From contig JBBRPR010000014.1 in the NCBI GenBank assembly GCA_038227875.1, positions 1 through 64,000 on the forward strand: 64,000 nucleotides of DNA, written 5' to 3'. Positions 19,077 through 29,016 of this stretch are shown piece by piece; positions within the stretch are counted from its first letter, which is position 1, and every line of letters begins with the position of its first letter. This stretch comes from Planctomycetota bacterium. Lineage in GTDB: Bacteria; Planctomycetota; SZUA-567; H5-PLA8. Below the pieces are notes generated by a model. It searched no databases, was not told the DNA's origin, and saw nothing but the letters and a program-made list of their open reading frames with translations. The translations under genes were made by a program, and so were the position numbers.

Positions 19077-19266
19077 TTATTGCGGATTTCGGATTGCGGA
19101 TTAGCGAAGCGAATCAGTCCGTTTTGCGATCATGGCAACGAGATCGATGTTGTTGGAGACAGATTCTTCCAGAACTAAAATTGGATCTCGGAACCAGTCC
19201 CGCGAAGCGGACAAGCGTCCTTCGCTAATCCGCAATCCGCAATCCGCAATCCGAAATCCGCAATAA
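19077..19266. repeat. Heptamer-ended inverted-repeat element, copy 2 (opposite orientation)
   Basis: ttattgcggatttcggattgcggattagcgaag ... cttcgctaatccgcaatccgcaatccgcaatccgaaatccgcaataa. Confidence 0.85.
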
Positions 19267-19310
19267 AAAATTCCCCTGTAGACTTCCCCCACTTAGTCTA
19301 AGATGCCCTC

Positions 19311-20756
19311 ATGAAATCCAAGTCCGCCCCCACGAAAAAAGAAGTCCGCCGGCCCGTGATCTCGCTGGTCAATCTCGGCTGCGCCAAGAATCTCGTCGAT
19401 AGCGAGCGCATCCTCGGCAACCTCGCGCAGGCGGGGTTCCTGATTGCGCAGGATCCGGCCGTCGCGGAAGTCTGCCTGGTCAACACCTGCGGTTTCATCA
19501 ATGAAGCTCGCGAAGAAACCGCCGGCGTGCTCAACGAACTTTCCGGACTGAAGGAAACTGGCAGCCTCAAGACGCTCGTCGCGCTTGGTTGCCTGGTTGA
19601 ACGCTGTGCCGACGCGCCGGAACTTGACCGCTTTCTCCAGGCCGCGGATGTGCGGCTGGGATTCAAGGAGTACCCGCGCATCGCGCAGATCTGCCACGAT
19701 TTGATCGATGAAGCGCGCGGCAAGAAATCCGAGATCCGTGTCGGCGACGCCGAACGTTCGGGCCCGAAAGTCAGCGCCGCGAAGAAGAAGGTGCCGCAGA
19801 GCTACAACGATTTCCTGGTCTCGCCGCGTTTGCGCATCGGTTCGCCGCACGCCGCGTTTTTGAAAATCTCCGAAGGCTGCAACAACCCCTGCCGCTTCTG
19901 CGCCATCCCCCGCATGCGCGGTCTGCAGGTTTCGCGGCCGATCGAAGCGATCGTGCAGGAAGCTCAGGAACTCGTCGAGGGCGGCGCGCAGGAAATCAGC
20001 CTGATCGCGCAGGACACGACCAGCTACGGCCAGGACATCTACGGAAAATTCCGCCTCGCCGATCTCCTCAACGCATTGAAAGAAGTCGACGGCCCGAGCT
20101 GGTACCGACTGATGTACGCGTACCCGAAGTTCCTCACCGAAGAAATGCTGGACGTGCTCGCCAGCGACCCGCGCTTCTGTCCGTATATCGACATGCCGCT
20201 GCAGCACATCTCCGACCCGATGCTCAGCGCGATGGCCCGCGGCGTGACCAAAGCGCAGACGGTCAAGCTGCTGGACCTCATCGCCAAAAAGTTGCCCGGC
20301 GGCGCGATCCGTACCACTTTCATCACCGGCTATCCCGGCGAAACCGACGCGGATTTTCAGGAGATGCTCGACTTCGTGAACGAAGGCCGCTTCACGCACG
20401 CCGGCGTATTTTTGTATTCGACCGAACCGTTGACGCCCGCGTCGAAATCGCCGGACACCATTCCGCTGAAGGAAAAGCAGGCGCGCCGCGACGCGGTGAT
20501 GCTCGCCCAGCGCGAAGTTTCCCGCAAACGCACCGCCTCACGCATCGGGCAGACCATCGACGTGATGGTCGATGGCTCGCTGGCCGAATCGCCTGTAAAA
20601 GGTGCGAAGCTGTTGGGCCGCAGCCGCTTGGAAGCCCCGGAGGTCGACGGCGTCGTCTACTTAAAGGGGCGGGGGATCGACAAGCATCCGCCCGGCACGA
20701 TTCTGTCGGCGAAGGTCGTCGCGGCGCTCGACTACGACATCGTGGCCAACGCCTGA
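19311..20756 (+). CDS. rimO: Ribosomal protein S12 methylthiotransferase
   Basis: LGCAKNLVDSE, NTCGFI, EGCNNPCRFCAIP, APEVDG, TRAM domain. Confidence 0.95.
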   Translation: MKSKSAPTKKEVRRPVISLVNLGCAKNLVDSERILGNLAQAGFLIAQDPAVAEVCLVNTCGFINEAREETAGVLNELSGLKETGSLKTLVALGCLVERCADAPELDRFLQAADVRLGFKEYPRIAQICHDLIDEARGKKSEIRVGDAERSGPKVSAAKKKVPQSYNDFLVSPRLRIGSPHAAFLKISEGCNNPCRFCAIPRMRGLQVSRPIEAIVQEAQELVEGGAQEISLIAQDTTSYGQDIYGKFRLADLLNALKEVDGPSWYRLMYAYPKFLTEEMLDVLASDPRFCPYIDMPLQHISDPMLSAMARGVTKAQTVKLLDLIAKKLPGGAIRTTFITGYPGETDADFQEMLDFVNEGRFTHAGVFLYSTEPLTPASKSPDTIPLKEKQARRDAVMLAQREVSRKRTASRIGQTIDVMVDGSLAESPVKGAKLLGRSRLEAPEVDGVVYLKGRGIDKHPPGTILSAKVVAALDYDIVANA

Positions 20757-20779
20757 ACAGTTTACAGAGGGACGCTGAC

Positions 20780-21253
20780 ATGCACAGCGAATCGATGCTG
20801 CTGGTGCGGCCCGAGCATCTCAATCACCACGGCTTTCTGTTCGGCGGTCGATTGCTGGAGTGGCTCGACGAGCAGGCGTACATCGCCGCGACCACGCGTT
20901 TGATGCCCGAAGCCAATCTGGTCACCGTGGCGATCGACCGCGTTGAATTCAAGTTTGCGGTGGTCCAAGGTTCGGTGCTGCGCTTCCGTTCGATGCTGGT
21001 GCATACCGGCCGGACCTCGCTGACGGTTTTCACGCAGGTCTTCCGTGGCCGCGCGACGGAGGAAGAGGAAATCTTCCGCGCGTATGTCACTTTTGTCTGT
21101 CTGGACAAGGAAGCCCATCCACGTCCGGTTGCTCCGTTGCTGCTTCAGCCGTTCAACAAGGATACGCTTCAGTCAGACGAGGCGCGGAAGCACTGGGATG
21201 AAGTGGAACACTCGCGCGCCCAACGCTCGCTGCTAAGCAGGCCGAAGGCATGA
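20780..21253 (+). CDS. Acyl-CoA thioesterase (hotdog fold)
   Basis: HLNHHGFLFGGRLLEWLDE, GRTSL, TFVCLD. Confidence 0.9.
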   Translation: MHSESMLLVRPEHLNHHGFLFGGRLLEWLDEQAYIAATTRLMPEANLVTVAIDRVEFKFAVVQGSVLRFRSMLVHTGRTSLTVFTQVFRGRATEEEEIFRAYVTFVCLDKEAHPRPVAPLLLQPFNKDTLQSDEARKHWDEVEHSRAQRSLLSRPKA

Positions 21254-21306
21254 CCCTTCAAAACTAAAGATTCAAAACTCAAAACTGTCTTCGAGAACCA
21301 CTCCAC

Positions 21307-21771
21307 TCACTCCTCGTCCTCTTCAATATGCCTGCCCAATACTAGCAGCTCGTGCTCCGAACATTCCAGCGGCGTGTATCCTTCCACCTCAATTTGCGGC
21401 GCCACCATTTCGGCGAACGGTTGCAGCTCCAGATTCGGGTCTTCGCGATGCGGGCCGATCAGCGCTTCCATGTCGGCTCGGAGTTTCTCAATATTGAGGC
21501 CCTGATAACGATTCGCGGGAATGGATTTGGCTTTTAGCTGGAACGTGTGGTGCAGCGAGAGCACGCCCTTGCGGTTGCCGTTCTCCCAATGCACGAAGGC
21601 CACCGCGGCGTGGATGATCATTTGGTAGAACGTTTTCTCAGTTCCGATTGTTTCCATCCACTGCGCTTCGAGAATTTCGTGGCATTCAAAGAAGAAGCGA
21701 TTGTTAAACAACCACACGCCCTTCATGTAGCGTTCAGGATAGTCGGCGGGTGAAAGTTCTCCGTAAATCAT
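21307..21771 (-). CDS. DUF309 domain protein
   Basis: GVWLFN...FFECHEILE..W...YQMII.AAVAFVH..GN; start uncertain (21771, 21870 or 21909). Confidence 0.85.
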   Translation of the reverse strand: MIYGELSPADYPERYMKGVWLFNNRFFFECHEILEAQWMETIGTEKTFYQMIIHAAVAFVHWENGNRKGVLSLHHTFQLKAKSIPANRYQGLNIEKLRADMEALIGPHREDPNLELQPFAEMVAPQIEVEGYTPLECSEHELLVLGRHIEEDEE

Positions 21772-21899
21772 GCTGACAGAATACTCAAAATCGTGTATAT
21801 ACAACGCCCGATACCACTCTACAGGGGGTCCTTCCACGTCGTCCTTTCTGGACGCAGTCGCCACTTTCATTCGCCGCGTTTCAACGGAGAGATTCACGC

Positions 21900-22928
21900 T
21901 TGTTCTCAAAATTCTTCGTCGCCATCGTCCGCTGGTTTGATACGTCCGTCGGCAAAGAACAAGCCGATGATCCCCATAAGATCGATTGGATCCGCGTCAG
22001 CCCGTTTTTAGGGATGCATGTCGTCTGCATCGTGGCGCCATTTTTTGTGGGCTGGAGCTGGACGGCACTGGGCGTCGCCGCGTTTCTGTACTTCATCCGC
22101 ATGTTTGCGATCACCGGATTTTACCACCGCTACTTCTCGCACAAGACCTTCAAGACCTCGCGCGCCGGCCAGTTCGTGCTCGGCGTGATGGGCAATTCCG
22201 CCGTGCAGCGTGGACCGCTGTGGTGGGCGGCGCACCACCGCCATCATCACATTCATTCCGACGACGAACACGACGTCCATTCGCCCACGCAGCACGGTTT
22301 CATGTGGAGCCACATGCTGTGGCTGATGAACCGCCGCAACTTCGCCACCGATCTGAAGGCCGTGCCCGACTTGGCCAAGTTTCCCGAACTGCGATTCCTC
22401 GACCGCTTCGATTTCTTCGTGCCGATTGTCCTGGCCGTCAGCCTGACGCTGCTGGGCGTGGGCCTCAACGCGTACGCGCCGCAACTGCACACCAACGGGT
22501 TGCAAATGCTGGTATGGGGATTCTTTATCTCAAGCATCGTGCTCTTCCACGGGACCTGCACGATCAATTCGCTCTCGCACGTCTTCGGCAGCCGCCGCTT
22601 CAAGACCACCGATACGAGCCGCAACAATTTCGTACTCTCGTTGGTGACGCTGGGCGAAGGCTGGCACAACAACCACCACCATTACTGCGCGTCGACGCGC
22701 CAGGGATTTTTCTGGTGGGAGATCGACATTACCTATTACATGCTGGTGATGTGCTCGTGGGTCGGCCTGATCTGGGACCTGCAGCCCGTGCCCGAGCGCG
22801 TGTACGAACGATTGAAGGCCGGCAAGACCGCCGAGAAGGAAGTGAGCTCGCTACCCGCGATCAGTCTGCCCGACACCGATCCGTTGGTGATGCTGCAACG
22901 CCAGACGGTTTCAGGAGCCGGCAACTAG
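21900..22928 (+). CDS. Acyl-CoA (delta-9-type) fatty acid desaturase
   Basis: His boxes HRYFSH, HRHHH, GEGWHNNHH. Confidence 0.95.
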   Translation: MFSKFFVAIVRWFDTSVGKEQADDPHKIDWIRVSPFLGMHVVCIVAPFFVGWSWTALGVAAFLYFIRMFAITGFYHRYFSHKTFKTSRAGQFVLGVMGNSAVQRGPLWWAAHHRHHHIHSDDEHDVHSPTQHGFMWSHMLWLMNRRNFATDLKAVPDLAKFPELRFLDRFDFFVPIVLAVSLTLLGVGLNAYAPQLHTNGLQMLVWGFFISSIVLFHGTCTINSLSHVFGSRRFKTTDTSRNNFVLSLVTLGEGWHNNHHHYCASTRQGFFWWEIDITYYMLVMCSWVGLIWDLQPVPERVYERLKAGKTAEKEVSSLPAISLPDTDPLVMLQRQTVSGAGN

Positions 22929-22943
22929 CCGGGTCTCAGGCTC

Positions 22944-23630
22944 TTAGCTCTTGGCTGTTGGCTCTTGAGAACGGTCCGGAGTCAGCGCTTTCCCAACCTC
23001 GCGCAACGGCGGAACGATTCTCCGCGCTAACAGCAGCAGGATCAGAACCGCCGCGTAGATCAGCGGTTCGCGCAGATCTGCTTTCACGCGCATGATGAAA
23101 TGAACGACGCCGAGCATCCCCGCGACGTACGCGAGTTGGTGCAGCGTCTGCCAGCGTTTTGCGCCGAGACGGCGGATCATTCCGCCCGTGGAAGTGAGCG
23201 CCAGCGGCGTGAGAATCACGAGCGCTGTGAAGCCCACCGCGATGAACGGGCGCTCCAGCACGTCTGCGACGACGCTGCGCAACACTCCCCCCGGTGAACC
23301 GGTCTGGCCTCTCAAGTAAATTCCGAAGTGAAGCAAGGCGTAGAAAAAAGCAAACAAGCCCAGCATTCGCCGCAATTTAATCGGCCAGGTCCAACCGGTG
23401 AGCAGTTTAATGGGCGTGCACGCCAGCGAAGCCAGCAGTGCAACCAGAGCAAGAATGCCGACACGATTTAAAAGGTCCGCGAATCGGTCAGCGGCAAGTT
23501 GGTCTGTTGTGTACCAGAAAACAAAAAAGCCCAGCGGCATCAGCCCGCCTACGAACACGGCCGGACGCAACCACGCGGTCGGATCCGCACGACGCGGAGG
23601 TACGTTCGCGCCCACTTCAGAAGTACTCAC
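22944..23630 (-). CDS. msrQ: Methionine sulfoxide reductase heme-binding subunit
   Basis: [29 protein letters not shown]; directly downstream of msrP. Confidence 0.93.
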   Translation of the reverse strand: MSTSEVGANVPPRRADPTAWLRPAVFVGGLMPLGFFVFWYTTDQLAADRFADLLNRVGILALVALLASLACTPIKLLTGWTWPIKLRRMLGLFAFFYALLHFGIYLRGQTGSPGGVLRSVVADVLERPFIAVGFTALVILTPLALTSTGGMIRRLGAKRWQTLHQLAYVAGMLGVVHFIMRVKADLREPLIYAAVLILLLLARRIVPPLREVGKALTPDRSQEPTAKS

Positions 23631-24720
23631 GCAGATTCATGTCCTTGTACATCGACGCGACCTGATCGCCGTAGCCATTGAACGGCAGCGTTGGTCGCTG
23701 CCGCCAGTCGCCGACGCGATGTTCGCTCGCCTGGCTCCAGCGCGGATGGTTGACGTCCGGGTTGACGTTTGCGTAGAAGCCGTACTCCTCCGGCGCGGAG
23801 ACATTCCACGACGTCATCGGCTGCTGCTCCATAAATTTGATTTTCACGATCGCCTTGATGCCCTTGAAGCCGTACTTCCACGGCACGACCAGCCGCAGCG
23901 GCGCGCCGTTCTGGTTGGGCAGCACGCGCCCATACATGCCGACGCTCAGCAGCGTCAGCGGATTCATCGCTTCGTCCAGGCGCAGGCCTTCGCTGTACGG
24001 CCACTGCAGCACGCGCCGTTTCTGTCCCGGCATCTGCGCGGGATCCACCAGTGTGCGGAAGGCGACGTACTTCGCTTTCGAAGTCGGCTCGACGCGCTTG
24101 ATCACCGCCGCGAGCGGAAAGCCGACCCACGGAATCACCATCGACCACGCTTCGACGCAACGCATGCGGTAGACGCGCTCTTCCAGTGGCGCCCACTTGA
24201 TCAGCGTGTCGATGTCGATGGTCTGCGGCTTGGCGCACTCGCCTTCGATCGCAATCGTCCACGGCCGCGGCTTGAAGTCCTGGGAATTCAGCGCCGGATC
24301 GCTCTTGGATGTGCCGAACTCGTAATAATTATTGTACGTCGTCGCGCCGTCGTACGGCGTCTGGTCTTCTCCGCCCGCCAGTTCGGTTTTCCGGACGATT
24401 TTCCAGCCGCTGCCGTCGGCCTTCGCGGTGGACTCCGCGGTCGCGTCGGCGGCGACGCTTGTGCCAGTGGACGTCGCCGCATCCGTGCTGGTCGTGGGTG
24501 AAGTACTTGTGGCCGGCGTTTCCGTCTCGACAACGATCGCGCGCGTCTGCACCGATTTCGGCCGTGGACGCCCGGTGAGCGCCGTCAGGCCCGTACCGAT
24601 TGCACCGGCGCCGATCGCGAACAGCGCCGCGTTCTTGATGAAATCACGCCGCGATGCATAGAGCGGTTCGGGCGTAATTTCGCTGCTCGGCGGTTCGGGC
24701 GGCAAATCGGAACGTGACAT
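23617..24720 (-). CDS. msrP: Methionine sulfoxide reductase catalytic (Mo) subunit
   Basis: SEITPE, Tat motif [41 protein letters not shown]. Confidence 0.97.
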   Translation of the reverse strand: MSRSDLPPEPPSSEITPEPLYASRRDFIKNAALFAIGAGAIGTGLTALTGRPRPKSVQTRAIVVETETPATSTSPTTSTDAATSTGTSVAADATAESTAKADGSGWKIVRKTELAGGEDQTPYDGATTYNNYYEFGTSKSDPALNSQDFKPRPWTIAIEGECAKPQTIDIDTLIKWAPLEERVYRMRCVEAWSMVIPWVGFPLAAVIKRVEPTSKAKYVAFRTLVDPAQMPGQKRRVLQWPYSEGLRLDEAMNPLTLLSVGMYGRVLPNQNGAPLRLVVPWKYGFKGIKAIVKIKFMEQQPMTSWNVSAPEEYGFYANVNPDVNHPRWSQASEHRVGDWRQRPTLPFNGYGDQVASMYKDMNLREYF

Positions 24721-24790
24721 CAGCGGGCCCTCGAACACTTCCCGCGTTTATATGTCAAACTCTGCCGATTTCATTTCCGGAAACCCACAC

Positions 24791-24821
24791 AAAAAAACTC
24801 GCCGCTAAAAGCGGCGAGTTT
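24791..24821 (-). terminator. Intrinsic terminator of the sugar isomerase operon
   Basis: Minus strand aaactcgccgc-tttta-gcggcgagtttttttg. Confidence 0.8.
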
Positions 24822-24857
24822 CTTTCGACATTCGACATTCGTACTTTGACCTTCACT

Positions 24858-25907
24858 TCAGCCCTTCTTCCCCATCAGCATTCCCACAATGTACTGGTCG
24901 AGCGCTTCGTAATCGCGGGCGCGGCGGAAGTCTTCGACCTTGTCGGCGTCGACCTTCTCGACGATGTCGCAGAGGTCCTTGAACGTCTGGAGCGAATTCT
25001 TGAGGTGGCGCATCGAATCGTCCTGTTTCTGCGTGCGCATCGCCTTCACGTCGAGTCCCACGTACTCGCCCTTCGCGCCGAAACCGCCGCGCGCGAGGAC
25101 CCAGACCTGGTTGAACGCGCGCCGAATGTTCACGGACCCGAACGACTTGTCCTGGTCGTACTTCAGGCCGTCCTGATCGTTGAGATGTACGCCCCAGAGC
25201 TTGCCGAGCGCCAGGCACAACGCCATGTCATCGGACGGATCGATGCCCAGCAGCATCGAATGCGCTGATTCGATTAGCACGCCGATGCGCTTGGGGTCGA
25301 CCGACTGCGCGCCGAGCGCGAGGAAGTGGCCGGGCGTCGGCAGGTATGCGGCGTCGGTCGGTTCGTTGGGCTTCATTTCGCCGAGGATCTGGATCGACTT
25401 GTCATATTCGAGCAGCGCGTTGACGTAGTCGAAGTAGCGCTTGTAGCTTTCGAACGGATCCTTCGCTTCGCGGATATACGTGCCTTCGCGGGCGGGCCAG
25501 AGCACGATCTTTTTCGTGCCGAGCTCCAGGGCGATGTCGATGGTGCGCTTGGACCGCGTGAGCGCATAAGTGCGCATCTTCGGATCGTTGTTTGTCCATC
25601 CGCCGTCGATCGTGTTGGGATGTTCCCACAAGCGCGGCGCGACGAATTCAGCGGCGAGGCCCAGGTCTTTGAGCTGCTTTTTCATCTCGCGCGTGCGCGC
25701 GGTGGTCTCGCGTTCGTTCAGGTCCGCCGGACAGACGTCGTCGTCGTGGAACTGGATCGCGTCGAAGCCGATCTCCTTGAAGATTTCCATCTTCTGTTCC
25801 CACGAAAATTCTTCGCGGACCGGCGGGCCGAACGGATCGGCGCCCGGATGAAGATTCCACGGGCCTACGGAAAAGCGGAACTGTGCGCGGCCAACTTTGA
25901 GAGCCAT
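24858..25907 (-). CDS. Xylose isomerase family protein
   Basis: FHDDD, VLWPAREG, EMKPNEP, HLNDQ..KYDQD. Confidence 0.88.
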   Translation of the reverse strand: MALKVGRAQFRFSVGPWNLHPGADPFGPPVREEFSWEQKMEIFKEIGFDAIQFHDDDVCPADLNERETTARTREMKKQLKDLGLAAEFVAPRLWEHPNTIDGGWTNNDPKMRTYALTRSKRTIDIALELGTKKIVLWPAREGTYIREAKDPFESYKRYFDYVNALLEYDKSIQILGEMKPNEPTDAAYLPTPGHFLALGAQSVDPKRIGVLIESAHSMLLGIDPSDDMALCLALGKLWGVHLNDQDGLKYDQDKSFGSVNIRRAFNQVWVLARGGFGAKGEYVGLDVKAMRTQKQDDSMRHLKNSLQTFKDLCDIVEKVDADKVEDFRRARDYEALDQYIVGMLMGKKG

Positions 25908-25967
25908 TGCTGTAAGTCTCCTTAGAATTTGTTCGGCGACAGTGCCGCCTTGAATTGTTTGCCAGCG

Positions 25968-27128
25968 TTAGTTGCCAGTGACAGGTACGACAGAATTCTT
26001 TTTGTGTGATTCCAACGACGCCGTGAACAGCCGATGACTGATCCGCGTCTCTTCCGGCGTCACGCAGCCGAAGGGCACGGCCTGCTTGCCTTCCGTCAAC
26101 TCCACGCAGAACGCGGCCCACATCTGCAGGATCGCGTCGGTGAAGCCGAATTCGAAAATGTGTCCGGTGATGCACTTGAACGGCGGCGTGTAGCCGACGT
26201 CTTCGCTCTTCCACGTCTGCGCGCCGCCGGGTGTGTATTCCATCCAGCGCAACGTCTTGGGCTGCGCAGAACTGAATTCCATCGAGAGTTTCATCCCGCG
26301 CACTTTCAGGAACCACGTGTTCGTGTCGCCGGGCGAGATGCGTTTGGTCGACACGGTCAGCGGAAAGGTTTCGCCGCTGCCGCCGGCCAGCGGATTGGTC
26401 GCGTTGCAGACCATGATCGCGTTGTCCCACGTCTCGCAGGCTTCGAGCTTGCCGTCCTTGCCGGGGCGTTGCGGAACCAGTTTGCTCAACATCGCGCGCA
26501 CGTCTTTGGGAATCCAGCCGAGGCGCAGCGGCACATGCAGCGCGTGCATCCCGAGGTCGCCCATGCAGCCGTATTCGCCGTTGAATTGAATCTTGCGTTT
26601 CCAGTTGATCGCCTTGGTCGGGTCGAGGTCCGAGGAATGATGCAGGCCGGTTTCAACTTCGATGATCGTGCCGAACGCACCGGATTTCGCCGCGGTGATG
26701 ATGCGCTGAACTGCGGGGAAGAAGGGAAATTCCGACGAGCAGCGGACGAACACATCCGGATGCGCCGCGATCGCTTTCAGGATGCGGTCGTTGGCCGGAC
26801 CATCGATGCCAAACGGCTTTTCGCCGAGCAGATGCTTGCCGGCCGCGAGCGCGTCTTCGTAGATCTCGGCGTGAAGATTGTGCGGCACCGCGACGTAGAC
26901 CGCGTCGACATCCTTCCGCGCCAGCAGCTCTTTGTGCTCCGCGGTGTAGCAGGTGATGCTCGGAAAATTGCGTTTGTACCAGCCGTAGAGTTCCGTGTTC
27001 TTATCGCAGATCGCGACGATCTCCGGCCGCACGTTGATGTCGAGCAGATGGCACCAGCGCGCCGCCGCGGACGCGAATTCGCGCCCCATCAGGCCGCAGC
27101 CAATGATTCCAAAACGAATTGTTCGCAC
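25968..27128 (-). CDS. Gfo/Idh/MocA oxidoreductase
   Basis: FGIIGCGLMG, GEKPFG, GDLGMH; GGAGG RBS before GTG 27128. Confidence 0.92.
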   Translation of the reverse strand: MRTIRFGIIGCGLMGREFASAAARWCHLLDINVRPEIVAICDKNTELYGWYKRNFPSITCYTAEHKELLARKDVDAVYVAVPHNLHAEIYEDALAAGKHLLGEKPFGIDGPANDRILKAIAAHPDVFVRCSSEFPFFPAVQRIITAAKSGAFGTIIEVETGLHHSSDLDPTKAINWKRKIQFNGEYGCMGDLGMHALHVPLRLGWIPKDVRAMLSKLVPQRPGKDGKLEACETWDNAIMVCNATNPLAGGSGETFPLTVSTKRISPGDTNTWFLKVRGMKLSMEFSSAQPKTLRWMEYTPGGAQTWKSEDVGYTPPFKCITGHIFEFGFTDAILQMWAAFCVELTEGKQAVPFGCVTPEETRISHRLFTASLESHKKNSVVPVTGN

Positions 27129-27208
27129 GAGACCTCCGGTCAAGAAATGTTGAGTTAGGAATGATGAGTGATGAATCCGGGGCGGCTAGTCAGCGCGCCG
27201 TTCATCCG

Positions 27209-28042
27209 TCATCGTTCTGCGTTCAAAACTTTCATCGCTTCATCGACACTGGCGCCGCGATGGACGATGGCCATGAAAGCCTCGGTCATCCGCTTCGGGT
27301 TGCTGTGCTGAATGACGTTGCGTCCGTAGACGATGCCCTTCGCGCCCTGCTTGATCAGTTCGACCGTGCGCGAGAAAATTTCACGATCCGGAGCTCGGCC
27401 GCCGCCGCGCGGCAGCACCGGCACCCCGGCCGTTTCAACGATGCGGTGGTATTCCGAAACGTTGTCGCACGGATCGGCCTTGATGATGTCCGCGCCCAGT
27501 TCGCGCGCCTGGCGGACCAGCGGGAGAATTTTCTTGATGTCGCCGTCGACCATGTAGCCGCCGCTCTTGTCGTTGGGCTGCATCACCAGCGGTTCGATCA
27601 TCAGCGGCATGCCGTAACGGTCGCAGGCGGGTTTCAGCTTGCAGATGTTGTCGATGCACTGGCTGTAGAGATTGGGCTGGTTGGGCAGCAGCAGCAGGTT
27701 GACGACCACGCACGCCGCATCCAGGCGCACGGCCTGTTCGACCGGGTCCTCGACCATCTTGCTGAAAATGTACGACGGCAGGACCGCGCCGTAAACGTTG
27801 GCAATGTCCGTGCGCAGCACCAGCGAAGGCTTCTGCTTGCCGGGAATCTTCTGCAGCAGCTCGGCCTGGCCGACGGTGAGCTGGATCGCATCGGGACCGG
27901 CGGCGACGATCGTTTCAATCGCGCGAGCCATGTCTTCGATGCCGCTCAGGAAGCTGAGCTCGTTGAAAAAACCGTGATCAATGGCGACATCGAAGCACTT
28001 GCCGCTTGATGCAAACAACCGGTTCAGGCGTGCTTTGGACAT
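27209..28042 (-). CDS. Class I aldolase (DhnA/LsrF/FbaB family)
   Basis: AIDHG, ELGADIIKAD (Schiff-base Lys), GIVYGRNVIQ. Confidence 0.92.
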   Translation of the reverse strand: MSKARLNRLFASSGKCFDVAIDHGFFNELSFLSGIEDMARAIETIVAAGPDAIQLTVGQAELLQKIPGKQKPSLVLRTDIANVYGAVLPSYIFSKMVEDPVEQAVRLDAACVVVNLLLLPNQPNLYSQCIDNICKLKPACDRYGMPLMIEPLVMQPNDKSGGYMVDGDIKKILPLVRQARELGADIIKADPCDNVSEYHRIVETAGVPVLPRGGGRAPDREIFSRTVELIKQGAKGIVYGRNVIQHSNPKRMTEAFMAIVHRGASVDEAMKVLNAER

Positions 28043-28043
28043 G

Positions 28044-28928
28044 TTAGAAATTCACTCCGGTAGTGGGGACATGGGAAATCAGCGCGGGGTTGGCGCCATT
28101 CGCGCTGTTCGAAACTGACGAGGCGGCCGACTTTTCGCTCTGCGGCGTTGGCACGGCGGGATGGTCGGCGCCCGAGCCGTAGGCGTTGGTCGCGGTGATG
28201 TTCTGCTCCAGCACAAACGGGCCCTGTGCGGCGTAGAGATCGATGCGCATCGCTGACGGGAACGCTTCCGTCGCGACGCCACCGCGTGAAAGGTCGATGC
28301 TGCGGACGACGCGCAGGAGCGGCGCGCCCGGGCGCACCCGCAATGCGCGGGCGATCTTCAGCGGCGCGGCCACAGCGGAGAAGCGCTGTTTGCCGCCGCC
28401 CACGCGCAGGTTGAAATTGTCCTGCAGCGTCTTGTAGAGCGAACGGTTGTTGAGATCCGACTTGTCGAGGCCCGAGACGAGCGCCGCGCTGATCCACGTG
28501 TATTCAAAGAACGTCGGAACCTGGTTGAGACTGCGCACGCGTTCGAACTTGACCCAGCCCTGCTCCGGATCGTCGCCTTCGGCGAGGATGCAGGCGCTGC
28601 TGCGACCGGCGTAGCTGACGCGCGTTTCAACCTGGATGTTCGAGCCGGCGAATGCGTCGCTGACTCCGGTGACCGAGAACAGTCCGACCGGCAGCGGCGG
28701 ATCCGTGACGAACGCGCCCTTGCCGCGGCGCTTAACCAGCAGGCCTTCGCGGACGAGGCCTTCGAGTGCCTGCCGCACGGTCGGGCGCGTGACGCCGTAG
28801 GTGCGGCAGAGGTCGTGCTCGCTGGGGATCTGCGTGCCGACGTTCCAAGCCCGGTTGGCGATCTTCAGCCGCAGGATTTCCTGGAGCTGGTGGTAGAGCG
28901 GCACGGGCGATTCGAGGTTCAGTTTCAT
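28044..28928 (-). CDS. GntR (HutC/UTRA) transcriptional regulator
   Basis: PLYHQL, IPSEHDL, VTRPTVRQAL, GKGAFV, UTRA-like C-terminus. Confidence 0.93.
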   Translation of the reverse strand: MKLNLESPVPLYHQLQEILRLKIANRAWNVGTQIPSEHDLCRTYGVTRPTVRQALEGLVREGLLVKRRGKGAFVTDPPLPVGLFSVTGVSDAFAGSNIQVETRVSYAGRSSACILAEGDDPEQGWVKFERVRSLNQVPTFFEYTWISAALVSGLDKSDLNNRSLYKTLQDNFNLRVGGGKQRFSAVAAPLKIARALRVRPGAPLLRVVRSIDLSRGGVATEAFPSAMRIDLYAAQGPFVLEQNITATNAYGSGADHPAVPTPQSEKSAASSVSNSANGANPALISHVPTTGVNF

Positions 28929-28938
28929 GACCGCTGAT

Positions 28939-28968
28939 CTTGTCAACTTGTCATTACAAGTCAACAAG
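28939..28968. promoter_or_regulatory. Probable GntR operator (imperfect 30-bp palindrome)
   Basis: cttgtcaACTTGT-catt-ACAAGTcaacaag immediately upstream of the GntR start. Confidence 0.7.
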
Positions 28969-29016
28969 AATCTTTTTGGAATTTAAAAATCATCAATTTT
29001 ACCTATGAAACAGCGA

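Noticed and set aside
17795..19266. Repeats as a CRISPR array
   Set aside because: Tandem 7-mers in inverted arms, no repeat-spacer periodicity and no cas genes.
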